Source: Polyangiaceae bacterium (lineage in GTDB: Bacteria; Myxococcota_A; Polyangia; Polyangiales; Polyangiaceae). From it: a stretch of 47,529 bases of DNA. The DNA is taken from positions 1 to 47,529 of the forward strand of contig JBNKBE010000033.1 in the NCBI GenBank assembly GCA_050287085.1, read 5' to 3'. Below, piece by piece: positions 37,324-46,805 of this stretch; the first letter of the stretch is position 1, and each line of letters starts with the position of its first letter. The position numbers and the translations under genes are program-made. The notes beneath the pieces were generated by a model, which saw only the letters and a program-made list of their open reading frames with translations, ran no database searches and was not told where the DNA came from.

Positions 37324-37916
37324 GGGCGGACGACGAGCGTTGGATGCGCTTGGCGATCGCGGTGGCGGCGGCGGCCCAGGGGAGCACGGGCGACAATCCT
37401 TGGGTGGGTTGCGTCATCGTCAGTGCTGGCGGGGTGTTGTTGGGCCAAGGGCATACGCAGGGTCCAGGCGAAGATCACGCCGAGATTGCGGCCGCTCGCG
37501 ACGCTCAGGCTAGAGGCCATTCGGTTGCCGGCACAACGCTCTATTCCACGCTGGAACCCTGCGCATTCCATGGCCGAACGCCAGCGTGTGCCCGGTCGAT
37601 CGCGGAGCGCGGGGTTGCGCGCGTCGTCATCGGTATGCGCGACCCTCATCCCCGGGTTAATGGCGCCGGGATTGCTATTCTTCAGGCGGCCCGTGTGGCC
37701 GTCACCGAAGGTATCTGTGAGGCAGAGGTTAGGAGGCAGCTCGGGCCTTGGGTTGTGGAGCACCACCCGGGCGACGTAGTGTTGCGTGCGGCCACCTGGC
37801 TCCGCGAAACAGGCTCGCAGCAGGACACGGCCCCGCAGGACGGCGTTGAGCAAGCGCTTGCCAGCCTTTATGGCGTGAGCCCGGAGCAGATTCGAGGCGT
37901 CTTGAACGGTGAATGA
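37320..37916 (+). CDS. Stand-alone RibD-type pyrimidine deaminase domain (no reductase domain)
   Basis: NPWVGCVIV, HAE, TLEPC-x2-HGRTP-x-C, DPHPRV-x-G-x-G; only 198 aa; ATGA overlap with the DsbA gene. Confidence 0.8.
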   Translation: MRADDERWMRLAIAVAAAAQGSTGDNPWVGCVIVSAGGVLLGQGHTQGPGEDHAEIAAARDAQARGHSVAGTTLYSTLEPCAFHGRTPACARSIAERGVARVVIGMRDPHPRVNGAGIAILQAARVAVTEGICEAEVRRQLGPWVVEHHPGDVVLRAATWLRETGSQQDTAPQDGVEQALASLYGVSPEQIRGVLNGE

Positions 37917-37975
37917 AGCCCGCGCAGCTTCCCCGGGTGTTGCCCTTCAGGGGCGCGGGCCCCAAGCTAGTGGGG

Positions 37976-38371
37976 CTAGGGTTTGCAGTTGCCATCGGCT
38001 GCGAAGTGGTGGTGTTCGTCCAGCTGTGTGATGCGGCAGTTTCCTGACTGCGTCAGGGTGGTGGTTGGGCCGCGGCATAGCTTTCCATCGGCTACCGTCG
38101 AGATCTTGGGCAGCCGCTCCTGGACTCTCCAACGCATTCCCGCGTCACGAGCGCAGGCCTCGACGAGTGTTCGTTCAAAACAACAAGCTACCGCGGCGGG
38201 TGCGGGGTCGGTCGATGCGTCAGGGCCCAGGGGGGCACTCGACGCGCTGGCGTTGCAGGCGCACGTCCCGCCTAGCAGCGCCAGCGGCCATAGCCATTGC
38301 CTGGAGTCGACGTGCGTCCAGGCTGTGGCGTTTCCTAGAGGCGTCCGGGGGCTGTTCTGGTGGGGAGGCAC
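37976..38371 (-). CDS. Possible small Cys-rich exported protein or lipoprotein
   Basis: Hydrophobic stretch WLWPLALLGGTCAC followed by a Pro/Ala linker and 6 further Cys; fills a gap between genes; start uncertain. Confidence 0.3.
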   Translation of the reverse strand: MPPHQNSPRTPLGNATAWTHVDSRQWLWPLALLGGTCACNASASSAPLGPDASTDPAPAAVACCFERTLVEACARDAGMRWRVQERLPKISTVADGKLCRGPTTTLTQSGNCRITQLDEHHHFAADGNCKP

Positions 38372-38472
38372 CTGCGCAAGTCGTCCCCGGGCGAGGCCAG
38401 TTGCTTATTCATTGGCCAGTGAGAACAGACTAGCCCTATGCACGCTCCGTTGAGCATAGTGCCCGGGCTTTC

Positions 38473-39846
38473 ATGTCTCTTGGGTTCCTGCTGGCATATC
38501 TAGCGTTGCAAGTGGCGCTTTCGCTCTGGCTCGCGCGTGGGATCCGTTCGGAGGGGGATTTCCTCTCGGGCGGGAGGCGGCTTGGCACACCCCTCGTCGC
38601 GTTTTCCATGTTTGCTACTTGGTTTGGGGCCGAGACCTGCCTTGGGTCCTCCGGCGCGATCTACAGTTCAGGCCTTTCGGGCGCTCGCGCCGATCCGATC
38701 GGGTATAACTTGTGCCTGCTGTTGATGGGCTTGATGCTGGCCACCCGCCTGTGGAATGGCGGTTACCTGACGTTGGGAGATCTGTATCGGGAGCGTTTTG
38801 GTCCGAAGATCGAGCGGCTGGCAGTGCTTGTTCTGGTGCCTTCTTCCATCATCTGGGCTGCGGCCCAGGTTCGGGCTTTCGGTCAGGTCGTTGCGGCGAC
38901 AATGAGCGTGGACGTGACGCTTGCCATCTACTGCGCGGCGCTCTTTGTCATTGCCTACACCTATTGGGGAGGTCTCCTGGGGGATGTCTTGACCGACTTT
39001 GTGCAGGGGCTGGTGCTTGTTGTCAGTCTGCTTGCCATGTTGTGGGTGGGCGTTTCTTCGCTGGGAGGGCCGGCCGCGGCGTGGTCCGCATTGACACCCC
39101 AGCGTCTCAGCTTGTGGGTTCCTGGCGAGAGTATTTGGCAGCAGGTGGATCGTTGGTCGGTGCCTATCATGGGGTCGCTGGTGGCACAGGAGCTCGTCGC
39201 GCGCGTGGTCGCTTCGCGCAGCGCAAGCGTGGCGCGCCGCGCGTCGCTGTGGGCGTGTGCGCTCTATTTGCTTGTCGGTAGCTCGCCGGTACTACTGGGG
39301 TTGTTAGGTCCGCATTGGCTTCCCGCATTGGCTGAGCCCGAGCAGTTGCTCCCGGTGCTTGCTCAGCGTCTGCTGCCGCGCTTCTGGTTCGGCGTTTTTT
39401 CGTGTGCGCTCATATCGGCGATCTTGTCGACCATCGATAGCGTCCTCCTTTCGTCCGCCGCATTGTTATCTCACAACTTCGTGGTCCCGCTCTTTCGAAT
39501 CGAATCCGAAATGGGGAAGCTGCGCTGCGCGCGATTCTTGGTCCTGGTGAGTGGTGTGCTGGCGCTGGCTATCGCACTGCATGCCGAGAAGGTTTATGAA
39601 CTGGTTGAGGTCGCTTCTGCCTTTGGTACAGCGGGGGTGTTGGTGACGGCCTTGGCCGCGCTCTACCTTCCCAAGGGCTCTGCGCACGCCGCGGGTTGGG
39701 CGCTTCTGGTGGGGCTTGTCGCAACGCCCATCTGCAGGTTCGTGTTGGGTTTGCCCGCGCCTTTTCTTACGGCAGTGGCCGCGGCGCTAGCGACGTACGT
39801 CTTGGTGGCGCTTTGGCCCAGGTTCGTTCCCCTCAGGGTCCGGTAG
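38473..39846 (+). CDS. Sodium:solute symporter (SSF/PutP family)
   Basis: DFLSGGR-x-LG, FATWFGAE, YTYWGGL...TDFVQG and SAILSTIDS motifs; about 13 hydrophobic segments. Confidence 0.9.
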   Translation: MSLGFLLAYLALQVALSLWLARGIRSEGDFLSGGRRLGTPLVAFSMFATWFGAETCLGSSGAIYSSGLSGARADPIGYNLCLLLMGLMLATRLWNGGYLTLGDLYRERFGPKIERLAVLVLVPSSIIWAAAQVRAFGQVVAATMSVDVTLAIYCAALFVIAYTYWGGLLGDVLTDFVQGLVLVVSLLAMLWVGVSSLGGPAAAWSALTPQRLSLWVPGESIWQQVDRWSVPIMGSLVAQELVARVVASRSASVARRASLWACALYLLVGSSPVLLGLLGPHWLPALAEPEQLLPVLAQRLLPRFWFGVFSCALISAILSTIDSVLLSSAALLSHNFVVPLFRIESEMGKLRCARFLVLVSGVLALAIALHAEKVYELVEVASAFGTAGVLVTALAALYLPKGSAHAAGWALLVGLVATPICRFVLGLPAPFLTAVAAALATYVLVALWPRFVPLRVR

Positions 39847-40399
39847 TGGTATCTCGCGTGACGCGGATTTCGACTTCCCGCTCGACATATTGCCACTCTT
39901 CCGTCGTTCGCAGCACCCCGAGCAAGTCGTCGAAGATCGGGCGTTCACCCGGCGAGAAGTCGAACCAGGTGATAAAATCAAAAGGCTCGGGCTGTTCGAG
40001 ATCCCGACAGTGGTGCAGGCGACGAGCTACCTGAGGCAGCGCTCCTAGGCCTAGCTTGATGTGCGCTGACTGCTCTTCCAGGATTTGCCGACGCTCATCC
40101 TGCGGCAGCCCCCACCACTCGGGGCTCTTGCGAATGGGAATGAGCGCGCCCTGAGCGCTCTCAGGGCGACCCATCTCCTGCTGTTTCGCGGTCAGTTGAT
40201 TGCGCTCGTTTCGCGTCACATAGCGCTCGTTGCTGAGGACACCCTTGAGCCGGAAAGCGGGGTTCTCGCAGGCGCTGCCGCCCCGGGTTACGCTCAAGCG
40301 CGGTGTAAGGGGGAGGCTTTCGCCGCGCGCTGCCATCACCGAGTCTACGATGAATTGACCCGACCTACCCCCCTCGAAGCACCAGAGGCGTTCATTCAT
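39833..40399 (-). CDS. cld: Chlorite dismutase, short-chain (clade 2-like)
   Basis: N-terminal F-x-GG; SNERYV; LIPIRKS-x-EWW...ERR-x-I-x-EE-x-S-x-H (proximal His); ARRLHHCRD (distal Arg); FDFITWF; EEWQYV-x-REV; about 188 aa. Confidence 0.87.
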   Translation of the reverse strand: MNERLWCFEGGRSGQFIVDSVMAARGESLPLTPRLSVTRGGSACENPAFRLKGVLSNERYVTRNERNQLTAKQQEMGRPESAQGALIPIRKSPEWWGLPQDERRQILEEQSAHIKLGLGALPQVARRLHHCRDLEQPEPFDFITWFDFSPGERPIFDDLLGVLRTTEEWQYVEREVEIRVTRDTTTGP

Positions 40400-40671
40400 G
40401 AACGCCATCATCCTGGGTCCATTTCGTCCGCGCGGTTTCACGTACGTTGCCAATTGGGCGTTGGTTCACAAGGGTGCGTTGGCCGACCCGTGCGAGGTCG
40501 ATCGGCGCGCGGAGGTGACGGGGTGGGCGGCTGTTCCAGCGTGACAGCTGCAAGCGCCGCCACTAGGTTCCATGCCATGGCTTTGGTCTTTGCCGTGGCG
40601 GCGGATATCTCATCATCTGTGGTCTGTGCCGCGCTCGGCCGTCGCGGAGCCGCGGAAATCACTGGAGACTT

Positions 40672-41259
40672 ATGAGCGCCCCACGGATCCGACTGGCCAC
40701 GCTCGACGATGCTTCAGCCGTGGCGGCCATCTACGCGCCGGCGGTGGCCGGCAGCACGGTCTCGTTTGAAGTTGACCCGCCCGATGGCATCGCCATGGCG
40801 GCTCGCATAGACCGCGTGCAGGCCTACGCCCCGTGGTTGGTTGCAGAACGGAATGGCCAGGTTGTCGGTTATGCCTATCTGGCGCGTCATCACGAGCGAG
40901 TGGCCTACCAGTGGTCCGCTGACGTCGCGGTCTACGTCGCTCCAGGCTGGCAGGGTCAGGGGGTGGGCGGAGCGCTTTACACACCGCTGCTGCGTCTCGC
41001 GGGTCAGCTCGGTTACGCGGCGGTTCACGCGGCGATCACCGGAACCAATCAGGCCAGCATCCGCTTCCACGAGCGCTTTGGGTTTCGGCATGTCGCCCTT
41101 TTTCCGCGCGTGGGCTTCAAGTCTGGACAGTGGCTCGACGTGGGGTGGTGGCAACTCGAATTGCGCGACCGAAATGCGGCGCCGGGGGCCCCGCCGCGGA
41201 CCTTGCACGCGCTGCTGCAAGAAGAGCCGGACGCGCTGCTCCGGGCAACGACCGCGTGA
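40672..41259 (+). CDS. GNAT N-acetyltransferase, phosphinothricin acetyltransferase (Pat/ArsN)-like
   Basis: IRLAT-x2-D...AIY...SFE-x-DPP, GYAY...AYQWS...VYV, QGQGVG acetyl-CoA loop, N-x-AS-x2-FHE-x-FGF, VGFK-x-G-x-W-x-DVGWWQ. Confidence 0.88.
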   Translation: MSAPRIRLATLDDASAVAAIYAPAVAGSTVSFEVDPPDGIAMAARIDRVQAYAPWLVAERNGQVVGYAYLARHHERVAYQWSADVAVYVAPGWQGQGVGGALYTPLLRLAGQLGYAAVHAAITGTNQASIRFHERFGFRHVALFPRVGFKSGQWLDVGWWQLELRDRNAAPGAPPRTLHALLQEEPDALLRATTA

Positions 41260-41451
41260 TGAGCGCCGTGTGAGCGTGCAGGGCGCCGTGTGAGATGGAT
41301 AGTGTCGAGACGCGGTGCAACGCGGCGCATAGCTTCTCGACCCCCACCCACCCATCATCGCCAGCTCGCAGTGTTCATGAGTCTCGGCTTGACTCAATCC
41401 TGAACTCTCTGAGGGCAGTTTCGGGCCGCGAACTTCGGCGTTGGCACTCGA

Positions 41452-41937
41452 TCAGTGCTCGATTTCTGCGCCGATGTTGGGCAGAAAGAGCGGACCGATA
41501 CGGTGGGTGGTACAGCCATAGGCGTAGCAGCTCGCGCTTAGCGCTTCCTTGTTGAGGGTGGTGTTGAGCGCCTCGCCCTCTCGAGTTGCCGGGCTGAAGC
41601 GCCGGGAGGCCGCCGAGCGTTTTGCTGCTGCGACGAACGCGGAAGCCCCTTCGAGCGCTGTGAGCTCGATCACCCGCCCATGTTCGTCGACAAGAAGCTG
41701 CAGCACGACCGTATGTGCCTCTGTTTCACCCGCCGGATAGTCCACGTCGAGCGGCGCCATCGCCTGGGGCGCTTGGATGTTGGGAGCGCCGCTCGGGCTC
41801 GAACTGGGAGCCACGGTCAAGGCGGTGGCAGCCGGTTCACTCGCGAGGACCGCGTTTGTTTCTGCTGAGGTCGGCGATCGCGCTGAGCTCGGACCGCTAC
41901 AGGGAGATAGCGACGGGGCACTGCTCGTGCCCCTCAC
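41452..41937 (-). pseudogene. Probable remnant of a TonB_C-fused TonB-dependent receptor with an internal deletion
   Basis: TonB_C-like YP...VVLQLLVDEHGRV...FSPATREG joined directly to a tail (NTTLNKE...C-x4-C...IGPLFLPNIGAEIEH) resembling receptor C-termini; no signal peptide or TM anchor. Confidence 0.5.
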
Positions 41938-42080
41938 CAGCAGCGGCCTTTTGTGTGCGGCTCGGGTCCTGGCTCAATGTGCAGCGGGGACGCCGCCCCG
42001 CGAGGGCGCTGTTCGGACGTTGGAGGAAGCGCTTTCGAGCTGTTTTCTTCCGTGATGAGTGGCGTGGGCCCCGGCGCTGG

Positions 42081-43820
42081 CTAGAAGAAGAAGCCAACCT
42101 TGAGCAGATCGACGGCGGGCAGCGGTGTTTCGGCAATGAGCCGTGAGACCGCCTCTACATCGTCGCGCAGCCGCTGCGCTGCCAGGTTGAAAGCAGCGGG
42201 CGGAATGCGGCCGGTGCTATCGCTCACGACGATTTCCGGTTTTGCTCCGATGGGGATATGAACCCCCAGGCCCACGTTGAGCGCGAGCCCGGCCTTCAGC
42301 ACCCACAGAAAGCCCACCTGGGGATTGACGAAGAGGCTGGCGACGTCCACTTCCGCGTGGAAGGGAGCGTCTTCTCCCGACGCGTGGAGGCTTTGGCGAC
42401 CGATGCCAGCCCCGACGTAGAAGGCCCCTCCGAATGGGTAGACGCGTGCGATGCCTTGCAAGGCCCAAGTGCTGAGCGATGCGTCCTGGTAGGTGATCTT
42501 GGGCAACAACGTGTAGTTGACGCCTACTCCGAAGAAGTCAGTGATCTTGAGCTGTGCTTCACCATTGATTGGACGTGGCAAAGACAACAAGCCGATCAGG
42601 GCGCCCAAGTGCAGGGGGGAGTCGTCCGTGTCGGCGACGGCTTCGACCGGACGCGACGCCGGCAGGGTTATGTGTTCGACCACCGGCTTATCAGCGGATA
42701 GCACGAAGTCTTTTTCGACTGGATCCCGCCCGGGGGCACTCACCGACAAGCGGTGCATGCCGAGCGACACCGTTTGTTCGAAGGGCAGCGTGATGGGAAG
42801 GCCGTCAAGTGTTGCGGTGGCGTTGGGGGCGTCGGCGGTGACGGTGACGTGTTCGCGCAAGATGACACCCACCAGCGTGACGAGTACGGAGCCGCGTCGA
42901 GGTAACTCAACGGTTGCGGGAGCCGCATTGACGCGTGGTCCCTCACCCCCGATGGTGTAGGTCCCGGCGGGCAAGTCGCCTTGCCAAGGGGCAGGCCCGG
43001 CGGCTTTGCCGTCGATCGTCACCGTCAGCCTGTACCCATGTTGTTCCTTCACCTCGACGTGGCCGGTGGTGATCACGGGCTGGAGTGTGATGGTGTGTGT
43101 CACATCGGCGCCCGCAACGAGCGAGAGCTCTTGGTCGTACTCTTCGAACTCGGGCTTGCTAACGTGGATGCGATGAACGCCGGGTTCGAGCACGATTGCC
43201 TGGCCGGGGGCGGGTGGCGTCAGCGCGCGTCCGTTCAACGTCAAAGTGAGCGGTGCAGGTGGCGGGATGAGTCGCAATCGCGCTGTGTAGCCTTGCAGTT
43301 CAGCCAGCTGTGTTTCCACTTCTGACGCTTCCCAGGCGCTCAGGGCTGGCACGCCCGAGGTGCGCGCTTTCAGCAGCAGCGTGTGGGCGTTCGCGTTCTC
43401 CCCGAGTTCTCGGTAGCACTTGACCAACGAGAGCAATACGGTACCGCGCGGGTCGAGCGCCAGCGAGGCTTCCAGCAGGAGCTTGGCTCCAGTGTAGTCT
43501 CCGTGGCGCATCAGAGTCTGCGCTTGCGTCGCCTGCGCCCGTGCATGCTGGCGTTCTTCGGCCGTTGGCTCGCGGTATGGGGGCGCCGAAGGGGCATTGG
43601 GTCCCGACGCGGAGGCCTGTGCGCTCGACGAGAGGCTGCCCGTCGCGGAGGCGGGGGTTGTACCCGGAGCGGTACCCGGCTCAGGCGCAGCTGGTTGGGG
43701 CGCTGCGGCTTGGGGTGCTGCGGCTTGGGGTGCTGCGGGCCACGGCGCCGAGGGCGTTTGCGCCCAACTCATAGCCGTCGTCAACACTAGCGCGAGCAGG
43801 ACCGATGCGATTCTAACCAA
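42081..43820 (-). CDS. Exported PEGA-domain protein with an N-terminal TPR-like region and C-terminal beta-rich, probably outer-membrane, domain
   Basis: Signal peptide (SWA-Q); Pro/Ala linker with PQAAA repeats; TPR-like helices; three PEGA-like units (L-x-PG-x-H-x-I-x-V-x-K, IDG...APW...LPAG-x-Y, LDG...G-x-H-x-L-x-V-x-APG); ends KVGFFF. Confidence 0.78.
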   Translation of the reverse strand: MVRIASVLLALVLTTAMSWAQTPSAPWPAAPQAAAPQAAAPQPAAPEPGTAPGTTPASATGSLSSSAQASASGPNAPSAPPYREPTAEERQHARAQATQAQTLMRHGDYTGAKLLLEASLALDPRGTVLLSLVKCYRELGENANAHTLLLKARTSGVPALSAWEASEVETQLAELQGYTARLRLIPPPAPLTLTLNGRALTPPAPGQAIVLEPGVHRIHVSKPEFEEYDQELSLVAGADVTHTITLQPVITTGHVEVKEQHGYRLTVTIDGKAAGPAPWQGDLPAGTYTIGGEGPRVNAAPATVELPRRGSVLVTLVGVILREHVTVTADAPNATATLDGLPITLPFEQTVSLGMHRLSVSAPGRDPVEKDFVLSADKPVVEHITLPASRPVEAVADTDDSPLHLGALIGLLSLPRPINGEAQLKITDFFGVGVNYTLLPKITYQDASLSTWALQGIARVYPFGGAFYVGAGIGRQSLHASGEDAPFHAEVDVASLFVNPQVGFLWVLKAGLALNVGLGVHIPIGAKPEIVVSDSTGRIPPAAFNLAAQRLRDDVEAVSRLIAETPLPAVDLLKVGFFF

Positions 43821-44092
43821 GCCAATCCTCCTTCTGGATCGCGTGCCTCAACGCCCAGCGTTGCGGCGTTGAGTTCGTACCACGGCCAGGGGGGGCCTGC
43901 CGCTTTACCACAGCGTGGTCTAGCACTTGTGCGCCGGAGCGTTGGCGCCCGCTAAGCTTTGGCTCGCGCAGATTGCAGCGTTTCCCGACTCCGACCGACC
44001 TGCCAGGCGAATGCGGACCAATAGGTTCCCCGGCGTTTACCTCCGGGTACCGGCGCCTGGCCGTGCGCTTCACAAATTGGCCGCAGTAGTGC

Positions 44093-44392
44093 TCACAACT
44101 CGACGCGATAGTGCCTCAGGTTCACCCGAGCCCGTTCGTCGAAGCAAACCCCTTCGGTCTCGAGCAAGCGCCGTTGCAGGTTATCGATCGGCTCACCACG
44201 TTGGCTCACTCGACCCTGGGCATTGACGACGCGGTGCCAGGGGACCTCACTTCCTTCGGGCAACTGCGAAAGGGCCCGTCCGACGGCGCGGGCGTGTCTG
44301 GGCGCACCCAAAGCTCTGGCCAGTTGACCGTAGGTTGCGACCTGGCCTTTCGGAATGGCCGAGACCAAGGCGTAGATGGTTTGGGCGTCCAC
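44093..44392 (-). CDS. ybaZ: Alkyltransferase-like (ATL/YbaZ) MGMT-family protein
   Basis: IP-x-G-x-VATYGQLA...ARAVG and PWHRVVN (Trp replaces the catalytic Cys of PCHR); QRRLLE-x-EG. Confidence 0.88.
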   Translation of the reverse strand: MDAQTIYALVSAIPKGQVATYGQLARALGAPRHARAVGRALSQLPEGSEVPWHRVVNAQGRVSQRGEPIDNLQRRLLETEGVCFDERARVNLRHYRVEL

Positions 44393-44683
44393 AAATATTA
44401 ATTCTTGCTGTGGTGACCGGTTGTGGCCTCGTAGGCCTCTATGGTGGGGGAGCGCTTTGGCGCGCTAGAATAGATGTCAATTCCCTCATTTTTCAGCTTC
44501 ATCACAGCCCGAAGTGCGGGATTTCGGGTCTTGGGTGCCCGCGATACGGCCGGTGGGGTTATCGTTTGTCTGCCACCGCTGGGCTTTGCCCCGCGTGCAC
44601 GCGGCGCCGGCTTGGAACACACTGGGCGTGTGGGGCTGCGGGGGGTATTGAGGCTTCGCGACACGAACCCACCGCACGGGACT

Positions 44684-45310
44684 TTGGAGGCAAGAATCAC
44701 GGGACACGAACGCCAAGGAGAGCCGCCGGTAGACGAGTGGCAGGAGCGCTTGCAGCGCGTTCGCCGCGGTGAGGCTGCCGCGAGGGATCAGCTCTTCATG
44801 GCGTTGCTGCCCCGCGTTCGCAATCTGGTGCGTTATCTGGTGAGAGGCGACCGGGAAGTCGACGACATCAGTCAGCAGGCGCTGCTCCAGATCTGGAGCG
44901 GGCTTGCGAGCTACCGCGGAGACGGCAGCTTCACCGCTTGGACCGATCGGATCACAGCTCGCTGCGTTTTCGGCGCGCGACGGCGCGAGACCCGGGACGA
45001 GATCCCGGTCGGCGACGCCACGGAAGCCCTTCGGGATCCCGCGGGCTGTGGGCACGCAAGCTACCAGCGCCGGCGCGAGCTCGCCGCGGCGCTGGACACA
45101 CTCCCCAGTGCGCAGCGCGACGCGTTGGTCTTGCATCGCGTCGTGGGGTGCTCCGTAGCTGAAACCGCTTTGGAGCTGCAATGTCCGGAGGAAACCGTGC
45201 GTTCGCGTATTCGCCTCGGGCTCCAGCGGCTGAGAGCTCAATTGGGCGATGAGAGTGAAGAGCGTCCGTCGGTCCATCAGGGTGTGGCGCGGGAAGGGGC
45301 GGTGGGATGA
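44684..45310 (+). CDS. ECF (sigma-70 group 4) RNA polymerase sigma factor
   Basis: Region 2 (DDISQQALLQIW...YRGDGSFTAW-x2-RI) and region 4 (LDTLP-x2-QR-x-A-x-VL...S-x2-E-x-A-x2-L...TVRSRI); start uncertain (TTG 44684 chosen; ORF extends to 44474). Confidence 0.88.
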   Translation: MEARITGHERQGEPPVDEWQERLQRVRRGEAAARDQLFMALLPRVRNLVRYLVRGDREVDDISQQALLQIWSGLASYRGDGSFTAWTDRITARCVFGARRRETRDEIPVGDATEALRDPAGCGHASYQRRRELAAALDTLPSAQRDALVLHRVVGCSVAETALELQCPEETVRSRIRLGLQRLRAQLGDESEERPSVHQGVAREGAVG

Positions 45311-46143
45311 TGGCGGAGCTCTGGGATCTCGATGGCACTTGGCTCGACGCGGAAGCTGGTCCGGCCGTGCCGTTGTCCGAGGAGCAAGCGCAAGCGTTGG
45401 TCGCTCGGGCTAGCGCTCGCGTCGAGTCGCGACCGGGGGCGGGTCGTGTGATTCGGCCTTGGTTTTGGGCGGGAGCCACGATCTTGGTCGCCGCTTCCGC
45501 TGCCGCGGCGGCCGGGGGCCTTCGGTTTTGGAGCGGTCCCGCGGACTTACCACAGCGGGTTGACACCGCGCGCGCGGCGGCGCCCGCGGGGGGCGGGCGC
45601 GCATTGGAGCACAATGGGTTCCGATGGACCGAGCCTGCTTCGCACGGCGGCCTCCCGCAGGCGGAAGACACGGCAGCGGAAGAGCCACCGGCGCCGCAAC
45701 CTCGGGTTGCGCTGCCCCCCGCCAGCGGTCAGCGCACTGCGGCTGCTCCGGACAAGAGGGCTGCGCGCACCGCCGTGGCTCCCGCGCCCTGGGTCGACCG
45801 TCTGGAGCGCGCCAGCGCTGCTCGTCGCAGCGGAAAGGTGGACGAGGCCTTGGCGATCTACCAATCGATTCAGCACGACTTTCCCGGCACTCGCCAAGCG
45901 CGCGTCGCGCGGCTCTCGGCCGCGGAGATTCTGCTCGCTCGAGGGCAAGCGGCGGAGGCGGCCCCGATGTTTGCGAGGGAGGAGCAGGGCCCGTCAGCGG
46001 GGGCGCTATTTGGCCTGGCCGGCGCGCGTCGCAAGCTGGGAGACAAGAACGGGGAGCGAGCTGCTCTCCGGCGTTTGGTGGAGCTCTACCCGGATAGCTC
46101 ACTGGCTTCCGCCGCGCGCAGCCGCCTGCAGGAGTTGCGCTGA
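45307..46143 (+). CDS. Putative anti-sigma factor: single TM segment, Pro/Ala linker and C-terminal TPR domain
   Basis: ATGA overlap with the sigma gene; TM WFWAGATILVAASAAAAAG; TPR-like helices ending LVELYPDSSLA-x2-A. Confidence 0.68.
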   Translation: MMAELWDLDGTWLDAEAGPAVPLSEEQAQALVARASARVESRPGAGRVIRPWFWAGATILVAASAAAAAGGLRFWSGPADLPQRVDTARAAAPAGGGRALEHNGFRWTEPASHGGLPQAEDTAAEEPPAPQPRVALPPASGQRTAAAPDKRAARTAVAPAPWVDRLERASAARRSGKVDEALAIYQSIQHDFPGTRQARVARLSAAEILLARGQAAEAAPMFAREEQGPSAGALFGLAGARRKLGDKNGERAALRRLVELYPDSSLASAARSRLQELR

Positions 46144-46156
46144 GCGGCGGCGGGTG

Positions 46157-46699
46157 ATGATGGCCCGACGGAAAGGTCGTTCCAGCCGTCTCCGGGACCG
46201 CCCGGGCGGCGCTCTGGCATCCACCCGGATCGCAATTCTGGTAGGAGGCCTCCCGCTGCTCGCCCTTGCCTGCAGCGCACAACCGGACGTGATCGCCATG
46301 CTACGGTCCCGCGCTCTTGGCGATGCGGGGGTGTTGGTCGTGGACGCGAGCGCGCCCTTGCCCGACGCGACGTCCAGGGACGCGGCGTCAAGCGACACGC
46401 CGCCGAGCGCGTTTTCGGAGGCTGGCGTCGGCGAGCGCTTGCTGGTGATCGGATCCCCCGCCCAGGGCTGGACTTTTTCATTTGCCCCCTGGCCGTTGCG
46501 CGAGCCGCTGGCGGTGGTTTTCGGCAGTGACGGCGGGGCGCAGCGGCGGGTCGAGTTCTATGGCGATGCAGCCCTGGCGCTGCGCAAGCTGCGCGAAAGC
46601 CACACAGATGCCGCTTATGGCCCAGAAACGGGACCGCTCGGCGTTCGAGATGATTCGGGGAGCCGCTATCTACTGGTGTTTCCGAATGCTATGCCTTGA
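46157..46699 (+). CDS. Hypothetical lipoprotein
   Basis: ATG 46157 or 46160; basic N-terminus, hydrophobic stretch and lipobox ALA-C; 13 nt after the anti-sigma stop. Confidence 0.6.
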   Translation: MMARRKGRSSRLRDRPGGALASTRIAILVGGLPLLALACSAQPDVIAMLRSRALGDAGVLVVDASAPLPDATSRDAASSDTPPSAFSEAGVGERLLVIGSPAQGWTFSFAPWPLREPLAVVFGSDGGAQRRVEFYGDAALALRKLRESHTDAAYGPETGPLGVRDDSGSRYLLVFPNAMP

Positions 46700-46805
46700 G
46701 GTGTGTTTGGACTAGTAGGTAACAGCCTGCTTTTTCAAGGGCGCAAGGACTGGCGGATCTTTGGCTCGAGCTCATGGTTTGATGGTGCAGTGGCTGCCGC
46801 GGTGG

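Noticed and set aside
44093..44392. Active O6-methylguanine methyltransferase (ogt/ada)
   Set aside because: The motif is PWHRV, not PCHRV, so it is a non-catalytic ATL protein.
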